Source: an uncultured archaeon (GTDB taxonomy: Archaea > Asgardarchaeota > Lokiarchaeia > Sigyniarchaeales > SOKP01). From it: a DNA stretch of 41,622 nucleotides. The notes beneath the pieces are model-generated. The model was given only the letters and a program-made list of their open reading frames with translations. It did no database searches and was not told where the DNA came from. Where the stretch lies: assembly GCA_964598265.1 (NCBI GenBank), contig CAZRBD010000002.1, positions 22,661 through 64,282 on the forward strand, given 5' to 3'. The translations under genes and the position numbers were made by a program. Below are positions 17,910 through 28,318 of the stretch, piece after piece. The stretch's first letter is position 1. The number at the start of each line of letters is the position of its first letter.

Positions 17910-18155
17910 AATTCTTTTTTCTCATCAACAATAATAATTACCTAAAGCAAATATTAGTAAAAATCCTATATAAGCCTTTTTAATAACATTATAAGATTTA
18001 TTGTATTTATTTTATAGAAAAAAAAGATACAATTTTTAATCAATAATAATAGTGTTTTCTTTTAATGACTAAATATTAAATATGAAGATTATTACTTTCA
18101 TATTTGTATTATTTTAAACATTCAAATTGATTTATCTAAAGGGAATATTATAAAT

Positions 18156-20039
18156 TTGAATAGTAGGGAACAGAATTTAAATCTATCAGCAGAAGTATTT
18201 AAAGATATTTTCAATCTTGTTCCGAACCCAATTTATATTTGGAAGAAGGTTGGAGAAGATTTGATTTTGGTAGATTATAACAGGGCAGCAGAAAATTTAT
18301 CACATTTTAAGATTAAAGATTTTCTCGGAGTAATCGCAAAGGAGATATACCAGAATAAACCCGAAATTATATCAGATTTATATCAATGCGCAAATTCTAA
18401 ATTGAATTTTTCAAAGGAGATTAATTACACGTTTTTTACAAATGAAGAGGATAAAAAACTCTATGTTACCTACAATTATATTCCATCTGATTTGATATTA
18501 GTTCTCGCTGAAGACATTACAAAACAAAAGAAAACAGAAGACTATTTGAAGAAATCTGAAAATGAAAAAACTTTTATCTTAAATGGAATTTCGGAATTAA
18601 TAGTTTTTCAAGATACCGAGAATAACATACTTTGGGCTAACAAGGCTGCTGGTGATTCAGTTGAAATACCTCAAGATGAATTAATTGGTCTTAAATGTTA
18701 TGAAGTGTGGCATAATCGCGAGATACCGTGTGAAATCTGTCCTGTTAATAGAGCTGTAAAATCAGGGAAACCAGAAATTGATGATGTTATTTCACCAGAT
18801 GGGAAGGAATGGATTATAAAGGGTTTCCCTATACTAGAAGAAAACAACACTTTAATTGGCATCACCGAAGTAGCTCAAGATATTTCAAGTCAAAAAAAAG
18901 CAGAACGGAATTTAAAAGAATCCGAGAAAAGATATCGTTTACTATTTGAAAATATGGCTGCTGCTTTTGCTTATCATAAGATTATTGTAGATGAAAATAA
19001 CAAACCAATAGATTATCAATTTTGGGAAGTTAATCCAGCTTTTGAAGAATTTACTGGTTTAAAAATCAGTGATATAATTGGAAAAAAAGTGACAGAAGTA
19101 TTACCTGGAATAGAAAATGATCCTGCTGATTGGATAGGAAAATATGGGAAGGTTGCTCTTACTAGGATCCCGATAACTTTTGAAAATTATGCAGAACCTC
19201 TCGATCAATGGTTTAGTGTCGCGGCATATTCTCCAAAAGAGAATTATTTTGCAGTTACTTTTACTAATATTACTGAACGCAAAAAAGCAGAATTAGCATT
19301 AAGAAAATCAAGAGAAAATTATCGTGATGCTTATAATCGCAGTAATTTATATAAGGATGTCTTTACACATGATATTAATAATATACTCCAGAATGTGTTA
19401 TCATCATTAGAGCTTTCTAAAGCCTTTTCTTATGAAACTACTAAAATAAAGGAGTATGAAGAAGTTACAAAAATCATTGAAAAACAAATTGTTAGAGGGA
19501 AAAAACTAGTGAAAAACATACAAACTCTTTCCCAAATTGAAAGTTATAAAGAAGAACTTTCTTCAATCGAGGTTTTAAATATCTTAGAAAAAGCAGTTGA
19601 AATCTTAAAACAAAGTCATCTCGATAAAATTATTAATATTACAATTACAGCATCTCAAGATGAATATCATATTAGAGCAAACAAATTATTAAGAAGAATT
19701 TTTGATAATATTCTTGATAATGCTGTATATCATAATCGAAATCAGTTGGTAGAAATTGTAATCAACGTCTCAAGAGTAAGCAAAAATGAAACTGATTTAA
19801 TTAAAATTGAGATTATTGACAATGGGTTAGGAATACCTGATCCTATGAAAGAAACCATTTTCCTTAGAGAAATTAAAGTAGATGATATACCCTCTGGTAT
19901 CGGTCTAGGTCTATTACTTGTAAAAAGAATACTAGAGAGCTATAATGGAGAGATAAGAGTTGAAGATCGAATCATTGGAGATCATAGTAAAGGAAGTAAA
20001 TTTATTATTTTAATGCAAGAGAAACCAAACAATTTATGA
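18156..20039 (+). CDS. PAS sensor histidine kinase (HDINN H-box class)
   Basis: Three PAS domains, one carrying CYEVWH...PCEICP; FTHDINNILQ; NILDNAVYH; DNGLG; GIGLGL. Confidence 0.93.
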   Translation: MNSREQNLNLSAEVFKDIFNLVPNPIYIWKKVGEDLILVDYNRAAENLSHFKIKDFLGVIAKEIYQNKPEIISDLYQCANSKLNFSKEINYTFFTNEEDKKLYVTYNYIPSDLILVLAEDITKQKKTEDYLKKSENEKTFILNGISELIVFQDTENNILWANKAAGDSVEIPQDELIGLKCYEVWHNREIPCEICPVNRAVKSGKPEIDDVISPDGKEWIIKGFPILEENNTLIGITEVAQDISSQKKAERNLKESEKRYRLLFENMAAAFAYHKIIVDENNKPIDYQFWEVNPAFEEFTGLKISDIIGKKVTEVLPGIENDPADWIGKYGKVALTRIPITFENYAEPLDQWFSVAAYSPKENYFAVTFTNITERKKAELALRKSRENYRDAYNRSNLYKDVFTHDINNILQNVLSSLELSKAFSYETTKIKEYEEVTKIIEKQIVRGKKLVKNIQTLSQIESYKEELSSIEVLNILEKAVEILKQSHLDKIINITITASQDEYHIRANKLLRRIFDNILDNAVYHNRNQLVEIVINVSRVSKNETDLIKIEIIDNGLGIPDPMKETIFLREIKVDDIPSGIGLGLLLVKRILESYNGEIRVEDRIIGDHSKGSKFIILMQEKPNNL

Positions 20040-20160
20040 CCTACTTTATGATTTAAAGATCTATTATTTTATAAAAATCAAATGACACCGTTAAAATTCA
20101 TAAAGCTTAAAAGAGTTGACTTTGATTTATTTACTAATTTATTTCAATCAGCTTGCTAAA

Positions 20161-21180
20161 ATGAAGATAGATTATCTTGACAAATTTGATGGCACACTGT
20201 TAGGTGTAGCAATAGGAGATACTCTGGGACACCCTTTTGAAGGTATATTACGTAGAGACATTCATTCAAAATTTGAAGATTTTGGAGAATTTATTCAAAA
20301 TAATAAAAGATTATTTAACACATACACAGACGACTCTCAATTAACGTTACACACAGCAAAAGCCCTGATCCTTGGAAATGGTTTCACATATGATAATTTT
20401 ATTAGTGAATATATTAATTGGCTCGATGATCCTCCGATAGGGCCGGGTTATGGTTGTATTTCTTCAATCAGAAAATTGAAAAATGGCATATCATGGCAAC
20501 AAGCGGCTTCAAACTCTGGGGGTAATGGAACCGCTATGAGAATTGCCCCGGTGGGGTTATTTTATAGTAATAACATCGAAATCTTAAAAAAAATTGCGAT
20601 TAAATCAAGTAATATCACCCATTCTCACCCTGCTGCATCGGCTGGCGCAATTATAGTCGCGAGAGCCATTGCTTTTTTATTAGAAAAAGCTCCAAAAATA
20701 GATTTTTCAATAGAGGAATTTTTCGATGTTTTAATCTCGAGCATATCCAATTCTCAGGAAGAAATATGGGAAGAATTTATCAAAATTCTCTTTAAATTAA
20801 AATCAAATCTACATCTTCCAATCGAAGCTGGATTAATTAGATTCTCACAAATTGGAGTCAAATCTCCTTATTTCATAGAAGATTTTCTAGGAAAAGCTTT
20901 TGTTCATCCCTATACGATTAGCACAGTAGTTTGCTCAATATTTTTATTTTTAAAATGTAGGAATTCATTTAAAGAATGCATTTTCGAACTCGCAACGGCA
21001 GGAGGGGATAGTGATACAGTAGGAGCAATAGGGGGTAGTTTAGCTGGTGCTTACTTCGGTTTGAAAAATATCCCAATAAAGTTAATAAAATTGGTCAAAG
21101 ATAATAAGAAATTCTTAAAAATTAGTGAAAAATTATATGATAAGTTTAAAAATAAAGCTAATAGAAAGCATCCAAAATAA
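20161..21180 (+). CDS. ADP-ribosylglycohydrolase family protein (DraG/ARH); ATG 20161 preferred over TTG 20116
   Basis: GVAIGDTLG, YTDDSQL, GNGTAMRIAP, THSHP and GGDSDTVGAIGG. Confidence 0.93.
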   Translation: MKIDYLDKFDGTLLGVAIGDTLGHPFEGILRRDIHSKFEDFGEFIQNNKRLFNTYTDDSQLTLHTAKALILGNGFTYDNFISEYINWLDDPPIGPGYGCISSIRKLKNGISWQQAASNSGGNGTAMRIAPVGLFYSNNIEILKKIAIKSSNITHSHPAASAGAIIVARAIAFLLEKAPKIDFSIEEFFDVLISSISNSQEEIWEEFIKILFKLKSNLHLPIEAGLIRFSQIGVKSPYFIEDFLGKAFVHPYTISTVVCSIFLFLKCRNSFKECIFELATAGGDSDTVGAIGGSLAGAYFGLKNIPIKLIKLVKDNKKFLKISEKLYDKFKNKANRKHPK

Positions 21181-21181
21181 T

Positions 21182-21751
21182 TCAATCTTCATCTAGATTT
21201 AATTTTGATAAGCAAGAAAGACAAAACTCCTCTGGTTTATTATCTGTATCAGCTAAGCTATTGGAAAAATTCATAACGCAAGAGTTAAAACAATGTTTCA
21301 GTCCAAAGGTGTGTCCGAGTTCATGAATAGATTCCTTATATACTCTAATTTCAAATTTAATTTTACTTTTAGCTGTTCTATGAATTAAACCTGATTCTTT
21401 GTAAAAATTTTCTCTGAGCCGCCTGATTGAAATTAACGCTATTCTACTAATAGGATTAGCAATACCAAAAATAAAATTATAATTTTTTGTATAGATATCC
21501 CTATCCATAACTCCTAAAATTCGATAAAAATGTTTCTCTCGAAATACTTTTGATAACTTTTTTAGTATCCTAGTTGCATGATATTGTTCTCTTTCAACAT
21601 CATAATCTAAATTATCTAACTGAATATCTTCGGGATATATACCCGCATTTATATTATAACCTTCCAAAGCGATTTTTAATCTCTTCTTTAATCTTAATAA
21701 AATTGATCTATCGATATCTCCGATTAGTAGAAGATAAATCATTCTTTCCAT
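21182..21751 (-). CDS. amzA: Archaemetzincin (peptidase M54)
   Basis: HELGHTFGLKHC, CVMNFSNS and FCLSC. Confidence 0.92.
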   Translation of the reverse strand: MERMIYLLLIGDIDRSILLRLKKRLKIALEGYNINAGIYPEDIQLDNLDYDVEREQYHATRILKKLSKVFREKHFYRILGVMDRDIYTKNYNFIFGIANPISRIALISIRRLRENFYKESGLIHRTAKSKIKFEIRVYKESIHELGHTFGLKHCFNSCVMNFSNSLADTDNKPEEFCLSCLSKLNLDED

Positions 21752-21930
21752 CCTTAAACAAATAATAGAAGGAATACAATTCTAATTAAAATAATGATAT
21801 AAATATGGGATTTTCGTTTATAATCCAATTATTTAAATATATAACTATCTTTTAAAATATCCGTAGCGAAAAATATTTTTCTAATCTTATTTATTAGATT
21901 TAAATTCAAATCTTTAAGGATGAGAAATAA

Positions 21931-23430
21931 GTGGTTGTAACTAATAGTTTGTTAAGTGACTTTAATGAAAAATATAAATTCTTATTGAACAACATTACCG
22001 ATGTTATAATAGAAACAGAATTAAATGGAATTTTTACATATATAAGTCCCCAAGTTCGTGATCAATTTGGATACAAACCTGAGAAAGTAATTGGAGAAAA
22101 TTTTCTTGAATTCATCCACCCTGATGATATATCAATTGTTAAGAAGGCATTGAAAGATATCTTAAAATTTAAGAAAATCTTTTCTGTAGAATGTAGAGTA
22201 AAGTATAAAGCAGGGAATTACATTCCAGTTTCTGTTCAAGGTAAAATTGTTGAAGTGCAAGATACTTTAAGGCTGGTTGGAACATTAAGAGATATATCGG
22301 AAAAGAAAATAGCTATTCAGAATCATAAAAATATTGAAAGGCAACTTAAAACAAGTGAAATAAAGTATCGCACGATTTTTGAGCAGACTGTTGATTCTAT
22401 CATCCTTATTGATTCAATTAATGGAGAAATTGTTGATTTTAATGAACAAATGCATAAAACTCTCGGATATTCTCGTGAAGAGTTTGAAAAACTTAGAATC
22501 CCTGACTTCGATTTGATGGAGAACGAAGAAGATTATAAAGCTCACCTTGAAAAGGTGGTTAATATTGGTTCGGATTCTTTTGAAACTAAATATAGAACTA
22601 AAACTGGTGAAATAAAAGACATTTTGGTCAAAGCAAAAGCGATTGAAATTGAGGATAAAATATTTCTTCATTCGATTATAAGAGATATTACAAAAAAAAG
22701 GCAAGCTAAAAAGCAAACTGATGAGATTAATACCTTAAAATCGGAGTTACTTAGTAGAACATCTCATGAATTGAAGACTCCACTAATCGCAATCAGAGGA
22801 TTTACTGATTTATTGTTAGAGTTACATAGAGATAAATATGATGATGAAACCATCTCTATTCTCGATGAAATAAAATATGGAACTGAACGTCTTGAAGCTA
22901 TAATTAATAAACTACTAGAAACTTCCTTATTGGAATCAGGATCTATATTGTTAAATACAAAAAAAGAAGACTTATCATTTTTAATTAAGTTTTGTGCAAA
23001 AAATTTGCGAGGTTTGGCAGAAACTCGAAACCAATTTATGCATTTGAATATATATGATAAAATTATTCTTGATTTTGATAAGGAGAAAATACACGAAGTA
23101 ATTAGCCATTTAATTATTAATGCGCTAAAATTTACACCCCCATACGGAGAAATCAAAATTCAAACAAATTTCCGTGATGATTTTGTTGTAGTTTCAGTGA
23201 GAGATAATGGAATTGGCTTTACGAAAGAGGAAAAGAAAAGGATTTTTAAAAAATTTGGGAAAATTGAGAGGTATGGCCAAGGTTGGAATATTGGGATTGA
23301 AGGAACTGGTATGGGTTTATATACCTCAAGAAAGATCATCGAGCTACATGGAGGAGAGATATGGGTTGAATCGTCGGGGAGAAACAAGGGATCAAAATTT
23401 AGTTTTACTTTACCTCTAAAGAGAGAATAA
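21931..23430 (+). CDS. PAS-PAS sensor histidine kinase
   Basis: FIHPDD PAS; SHELKTPL; NALKF; DNGIG; GTGMGL. Confidence 0.94.
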   Translation: MVVTNSLLSDFNEKYKFLLNNITDVIIETELNGIFTYISPQVRDQFGYKPEKVIGENFLEFIHPDDISIVKKALKDILKFKKIFSVECRVKYKAGNYIPVSVQGKIVEVQDTLRLVGTLRDISEKKIAIQNHKNIERQLKTSEIKYRTIFEQTVDSIILIDSINGEIVDFNEQMHKTLGYSREEFEKLRIPDFDLMENEEDYKAHLEKVVNIGSDSFETKYRTKTGEIKDILVKAKAIEIEDKIFLHSIIRDITKKRQAKKQTDEINTLKSELLSRTSHELKTPLIAIRGFTDLLLELHRDKYDDETISILDEIKYGTERLEAIINKLLETSLLESGSILLNTKKEDLSFLIKFCAKNLRGLAETRNQFMHLNIYDKIILDFDKEKIHEVISHLIINALKFTPPYGEIKIQTNFRDDFVVVSVRDNGIGFTKEEKKRIFKKFGKIERYGQGWNIGIEGTGMGLYTSRKIIELHGGEIWVESSGRNKGSKFSFTLPLKRE

Positions 23431-23563
23431 TTTAATTTATTACTCTTTTTCGAATATTTAACTTCAAATTGAAAAATTATTTTAATTTTTATTGTTTGTA
23501 ATATATATCAACCTAACTTAATTTCAATCTTTTAAAAAATACCTTTTTCGTTCTATATAAATA

Positions 23564-23667
23564 GGGAGGGTAGTCTAGATCGGTATGATTCTTGGTTTGG
23601 GACCAAGGGGCCGGGGGTTCAACCAGATACCCATTTCGGGCATCTTGAACAAATCCCTCCCCTCCCA
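23564..23667 (+). tRNA. tRNA-Pro(UGG) with a 30-nt intron in the T-loop (position 58/59, 23623..23652)
   Basis: Acceptor GGGAGGG/CCCTCCC+A; anticodon stem CTTGG/CCAAG with loop TT-TGG-GA; T-stem GGGGG/CCCTC. Removing 23623..23652 gives the canonical TTCAAAT loop. CCA not encoded. Confidence 0.93.
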
Positions 23668-23807
23668 TTTTAAAATTTTGAAACTTGAAAAAAAATAAGA
23701 TTAATTCTATTGCTGGCCTAAAAAAAAGTTAAAAACATTGCAAAATAAAAGAGAAAAAGTAAAGGTTAAATTAGATACGGATCACATTAGTTTTTAGATG
23801 ATGAGTT

Positions 23808-25484
23808 ATGAGTGACGATTTACATTTCATATACAAACAAGAGTTTTGGTTCGCAAGTGCATTTATCAATACTGCCTTAGTAAGTGGTGACCAAAAAAGC
23901 AAAGAGATTGAAGATCTAATTTTCGAAAAACTTGGGGGTTTAAAGGAGCAGGATATCTTCCGCAAGGAGCTTGTTAGCGATATTTTGGAGATGGTTGAAA
24001 ATTTATCTATTAAATGTAGCTGGATCCCATATATTGAGAACTTCCCATATAAAGATGAAGATTTGGAAAAAGAATATGATTCTTTGGGGTATTTCCAATT
24101 TGAAGTAGAGTATTATAAAGAAAATCCTGAAAAGAAAGAAAAATTAAATCCTTTGTTAATCCAACAAATTCCATTCATAATTCTTGATGTTTTAAAGGGA
24201 TTTACCTCAAAAAGAAGCAATAATGGTTTGGAGATTGATACAGAAAGTCCAATTTATGTTTTTGTTACATCAAACGGAACCAAACCGAAAGAAATCGACT
24301 GGACAAATGATAATATCAATAAGTTCAAAAAAGAATTGGGATCCTGGAATAGGATCTATTCAGGTGCTTGGCCAGATTACAATGAAGCTTTGTATAATAG
24401 GCGTATACAAAATAATTTATCAAATCGTTTATCTGAATTACATTTTATTAGGAGAAATTCTGGATTTATTTACATGGCTAAACTAAATTATGAGGATTTC
24501 TTTGAATCATACATGAGGAAGTTTGTTTTGGATCCAACTCCGAAAATGAGAACATTTTTATTTGCTTTACGTTCGATAAATGAATTACTGGATACTTTAT
24601 TTCTTAAAACTCAATCAGAAAGTTTTATCGATGTTGAGACTATCGAAAATAAAATCAAGAATTTAAGATTGATGAGGGGACTTCTTCAAACGAAATTAAG
24701 TGTAATTTATAATGAGTTGAATTATAACCGAAGACAACATTATACAAGAGTGTTAAAGCATTTATTGGGTGAATTTGAGATAGCAGATCTTGTATCAAGA
24801 ATAAATGATAAGTTTAATATTATTTATGATTCAATGGAGCAGCTCTATCAAAAAAAAAATGAAGAACTTCAAAAGAAGACTAAAAAAGGGTTAAATTTTT
24901 TGAATCTACTTTTTGGAGCTGGTATTTTAGCAGATCTTGGAACTGCCATCGTGCTCGCCTTAAGCTTACCTCTGGGTTCAGGTCAAATTATCTTTTTAAA
25001 TACAATAATAGCAATAATAATTTCTGGAATCTTAGCAGCAACCATAATTTTCAATATTTTGGGAAAGATTCAAGCTAAAAATGCTAGAATTGGAAAAACA
25101 GTGGATGCTGTAATAGAAGATGGAAAAGGAAATGTAGTGTTAATTAAACGAAGATATCCCCCATTTCAGGGTTTTTATGCCCTCCCTGGTGGTTTCGTAG
25201 AGAAAGGAGAAAAACTAAAACAAGCATTAGTCAGAGAAGTTAAAGAAGAAACAAATTTGGATATAAAAATTGATTATAAGATTGGTATTTATGAAGAAGA
25301 GGGAAGAGATCCACGAGGAAAAATTCATAGTACAGCTTTTAAATGCACGATAATATGTGATACCTCAAATTTCCGAAGTGGAGATGACTCTAAAGAAGTA
25401 GAACTCATATCTAAAGATAAAGTTAAAAACATGGAATTAGCTTTTGATCATGAAAATATAATAAAAGATGCTAAAATTGAATAA
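23808..25484 (+). CDS. Membrane protein: helical N-domain, 2 TM helices, C-terminal Nudix hydrolase (ADP-ribose pyrophosphatase-like)
   Basis: Nudix box GGFVEKGEKLKQALVREVKEETNL, RDPRG and LAFDH; TM helices at about aa 362-389 and 394-418. Confidence 0.88.
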   Translation: MSDDLHFIYKQEFWFASAFINTALVSGDQKSKEIEDLIFEKLGGLKEQDIFRKELVSDILEMVENLSIKCSWIPYIENFPYKDEDLEKEYDSLGYFQFEVEYYKENPEKKEKLNPLLIQQIPFIILDVLKGFTSKRSNNGLEIDTESPIYVFVTSNGTKPKEIDWTNDNINKFKKELGSWNRIYSGAWPDYNEALYNRRIQNNLSNRLSELHFIRRNSGFIYMAKLNYEDFFESYMRKFVLDPTPKMRTFLFALRSINELLDTLFLKTQSESFIDVETIENKIKNLRLMRGLLQTKLSVIYNELNYNRRQHYTRVLKHLLGEFEIADLVSRINDKFNIIYDSMEQLYQKKNEELQKKTKKGLNFLNLLFGAGILADLGTAIVLALSLPLGSGQIIFLNTIIAIIISGILAATIIFNILGKIQAKNARIGKTVDAVIEDGKGNVVLIKRRYPPFQGFYALPGGFVEKGEKLKQALVREVKEETNLDIKIDYKIGIYEEEGRDPRGKIHSTAFKCTIICDTSNFRSGDDSKEVELISKDKVKNMELAFDHENIIKDAKIE

Positions 25485-25518
25485 TAATTAAATTAAACTA
25501 TACATGAAAAGAAGGCGA

Positions 25519-25815
25519 TTAATTTTTTGAGAGATTTTCAATTGCGTCAATATCTATATCATTGTTAGTGTTAAAATAAATTTCTGGAATTAAATCTTGG
25601 ATTGTGGAAAGAAGAGAGAGCATGATTGCAGGATTTTCTGAAGTTACTCTGTAATATTTATGGAACCTATACTTCTTTTTTAAAATTATCTGATCTTTAA
25701 AGAATTCTAATACCTGCTTAATTTCATTTCTAAACTCATCATAGTTTTGTATCCATACAAAAAGCTGCTTATAGTTTGAATTACTTCTTGATTTTATTTT
25801 TAATTTTAAAAACAT
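25519..25815 (-). CDS. Hypothetical protein
   Basis: 98-aa ORF with ATG start filling the gap between neighbours; no motif. Confidence 0.65.
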   Translation of the reverse strand: MFLKLKIKSRSNSNYKQLFVWIQNYDEFRNEIKQVLEFFKDQIILKKKYRFHKYYRVTSENPAIMLSLLSTIQDLIPEIYFNTNNDIDIDAIENLSKN

Positions 25816-25964
25816 AATAACTGGAAGGTAAATTCGATTTACTATTATTTTATCTCTAATTATAAAAACGGAACCATAACCAGCGTTCAGACCACTTAAT
25901 TTAGAAATTCATGTTAATCTCACAAACCAATTCCAAGGAAATTTAAATAAAACAGAGATAAGAG

Positions 25965-27041
25965 TTAATCTAATATTTTTTTTAATTCTTTAGTAATTTT
26001 ATTTATTTTTCTATCCTTAATCCAATATCTGATCTTAGGAGATTTAAGGAGAGATTGAATTTTCTCATTTAATTCATTAAATTTATTTTTTTCTTCAAGA
26101 GATAATTGGGGAATTTTTTCTTCTATTTTTTCTTTGAAAATTTTAGCTTTTTCTTCGATAAATGCGATAGCAACTTGTTCTTTTCCTTGAATAAGTTTCT
26201 TTTTAATAATTTCTTTAATATTTTTTACCCATCCCTCTATCCACGGATATTTTCCAGGATTTTCAGGATTATTTATTACAATTTCCTTTCGTTCAACTCT
26301 TATTAAATCATCCGGACATGAGTTTTCACAAGCTCCACAATAGAAACAATTTTCTTCGTTACACGCGATTTTTCCAAACTTTTTAACATCTTCCGCACTT
26401 TTTGGGATAAAAAAGGATTCCGTAGGGCAAATATTAACACAAGCTTTACATCCCTGTGGATCACATTTATGGAGCATATTCTTTTTAATGATTACTTCAC
26501 CCTCTAATGGAGAATCAATATAAAAACATTCCGTAGGGCATTCCTTTTGAATTTTATAATAATCATTAATGTTATTTCTTTCTCTTACAGACAGACATAA
26601 TTCACAAACATGGTTTTCGTAATCCTCAATACATTTATTCAAATCAATTTTAAAAAATTTTCCTATAGTTGGAAAATCATTTAAATCAATTTGTTCTTTA
26701 GGAATGATATTTTCATGAAATGCATCGTTAGGACAAACTACAACACATAACATGCAATAACAACATTTTTCATGATCAATCAGGATTTTAGGATTATGTT
26801 CATTTAACTTGCCTTGAGCTATATCTGAAATAGGTCCAAACTCGATTGCGTCTACAGGACAAATAATTTGACAAAGAGAACAACCAAAACATTTTTTTAT
26901 ATCGTAAGTAAGCTCTTTGTCAACGTTTTGAAATTTCCACTTAAGAATTAGCTGATCTGAGTCAACTTCAATGTTCTTTTTTATAATTTCTTCTTCATTA
27001 TTGAGCTTTTCATCATTCTGCTTAGTTTGCGAAATTTTCAT
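25965..27041 (-). CDS. Polyferredoxin, FwdF-like 4Fe-4S protein
   Basis: CFGCSLCQIICP, CCYCMLCVVVCP, CDPQGCKACVNICP and CFYCGACENSCP. Confidence 0.88.
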   Translation of the reverse strand: MKISQTKQNDEKLNNEEEIIKKNIEVDSDQLILKWKFQNVDKELTYDIKKCFGCSLCQIICPVDAIEFGPISDIAQGKLNEHNPKILIDHEKCCYCMLCVVVCPNDAFHENIIPKEQIDLNDFPTIGKFFKIDLNKCIEDYENHVCELCLSVRERNNINDYYKIQKECPTECFYIDSPLEGEVIIKKNMLHKCDPQGCKACVNICPTESFFIPKSAEDVKKFGKIACNEENCFYCGACENSCPDDLIRVERKEIVINNPENPGKYPWIEGWVKNIKEIIKKKLIQGKEQVAIAFIEEKAKIFKEKIEEKIPQLSLEEKNKFNELNEKIQSLLKSPKIRYWIKDRKINKITKELKKILD

Positions 27042-27345
27042 CCTCCCCTTACGAAAGACACTATTTTACTCTTGATCGATTTCCTATATTCTTGTAAAAC
27101 CATAGTAAAGATAAAATTTTCGGAATTAAAATATAATAATGAGTAATATGAGATGCAATTCAACTTACAAAATTTAACCCAAAAACATAAATATAATAAT
27201 TAATGTTTTAGTTTCATACGGTTGATATGGTAAATTTTACATTTTATTATAAGGATTGAGGTAAAACTTGTAATAAAACGCTTTGGTGAAAATACATTTA
27301 TAAGAAAAACTTTGTTTATTTTCGATTGTAGAGAACCGGAGGAGA

Positions 27346-27723
27346 ATTAAAGTAATAAAGATATTTATTGCTGAAGATGACAGAGATTTACAAAGGCTCT
27401 ATGAATTGCTTCTGAAAATGTCAGGATATGACGTAATGGGTATTGCGAGTAATGGGGATGAAGCAATAAAAATGTACAGAGAATTTTCTGAGAAACCGGA
27501 TGTTGTAATTTTAGATTATAGAATGCCAATTAAAAATGGAATCGATGCGTTAAAAGAAATTCTACAAATTGATAAAGAATCGAAAGTTATATTTGCTAGT
27601 GCAGATAGAAGCATAAAACAAGAAGTGTTTAAATTTGGAGCTATTGAATTTTTAGATAAACCCTTTTCCCAAAAGAAATTAGTGAATGCAGTGAATAAAT
27701 GCTTGGATATTGAAGATATGTAA
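27346..27723 (+). CDS. Single-domain CheY-like response regulator; true start lies upstream of the ORF-track TTG (probably ATT 27346 or ATA 27355)
   Basis: In-frame upstream KIFIAEDD acidic pocket; DVVILDYRMP, FASA and KPF; GGAGG at 27338-27342. Confidence 0.88.
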   Translation: MKVIKIFIAEDDRDLQRLYELLLKMSGYDVMGIASNGDEAIKMYREFSEKPDVVILDYRMPIKNGIDALKEILQIDKESKVIFASADRSIKQEVFKFGAIEFLDKPFSQKKLVNAVNKCLDIEDM

Positions 27724-27767
27724 ATTTATTACTACATTTTATTACAACTAAGCTTTATTAAAAAATT

Positions 27768-28268
27768 TCAAGAATAATAATCATAACTTTTTCTATCAAA
27801 TTCATAAATATATTCAATAGGAATTCCATCAGGTTTTAAATCAGGTGGAGAATAAATAAGATTTAAGTTTTGAAAATAGGTCCCGATTCCATTTTTTGCA
27901 AGGATAATCGCAGGATGATCCGAATCCATGAAAGTTTCCTCACTTATCTTAAGTGTAATAATTCTACATTGTTGTTCATTTATTATTCCCAAAGAGTGAA
28001 CATATTCGTGTAAAAGAATATGATATATATAAGCCCAAACTATTTCAAAAGGCTGTTCATTTAAGATTATTTTTAAAGGAGTTTTATTCATTACAATATC
28101 GGTTCCGGGGTAGAAGTGCATACCACCTATAAATCCTCCTCTATACATACCCATTTCGACTAAACCAAGGCTTAGCCCAGCTCGATGACGTCCATATACT
28201 CCTTTAACATCTTTTTTAACCTTTTCGAATATTTCTGGCATTATTTTCTTTAATTCTTTAAGATCCAT
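27768..28268 (-). CDS. Conserved archaeal hypothetical protein with HEXXH zinc-binding motif
   Basis: HILLHEYVHSLG; RAGLSLGL N-terminal motif. Confidence 0.75.
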   Translation of the reverse strand: MDLKELKKIMPEIFEKVKKDVKGVYGRHRAGLSLGLVEMGMYRGGFIGGMHFYPGTDIVMNKTPLKIILNEQPFEIVWAYIYHILLHEYVHSLGIINEQQCRIITLKISEETFMDSDHPAIILAKNGIGTYFQNLNLIYSPPDLKPDGIPIEYIYEFDRKSYDYYS

Positions 28269-28318
28269 TTTAATACCTCTATTTTGAAGAAAAACTTTAA
28301 ACTAATAAGAGTAAGAGT

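Noticed and set aside
23564-25484. tRNA-anchored integrated element
   Set aside because: No integrase and no repeat of the tRNA 3' end are seen in the window.
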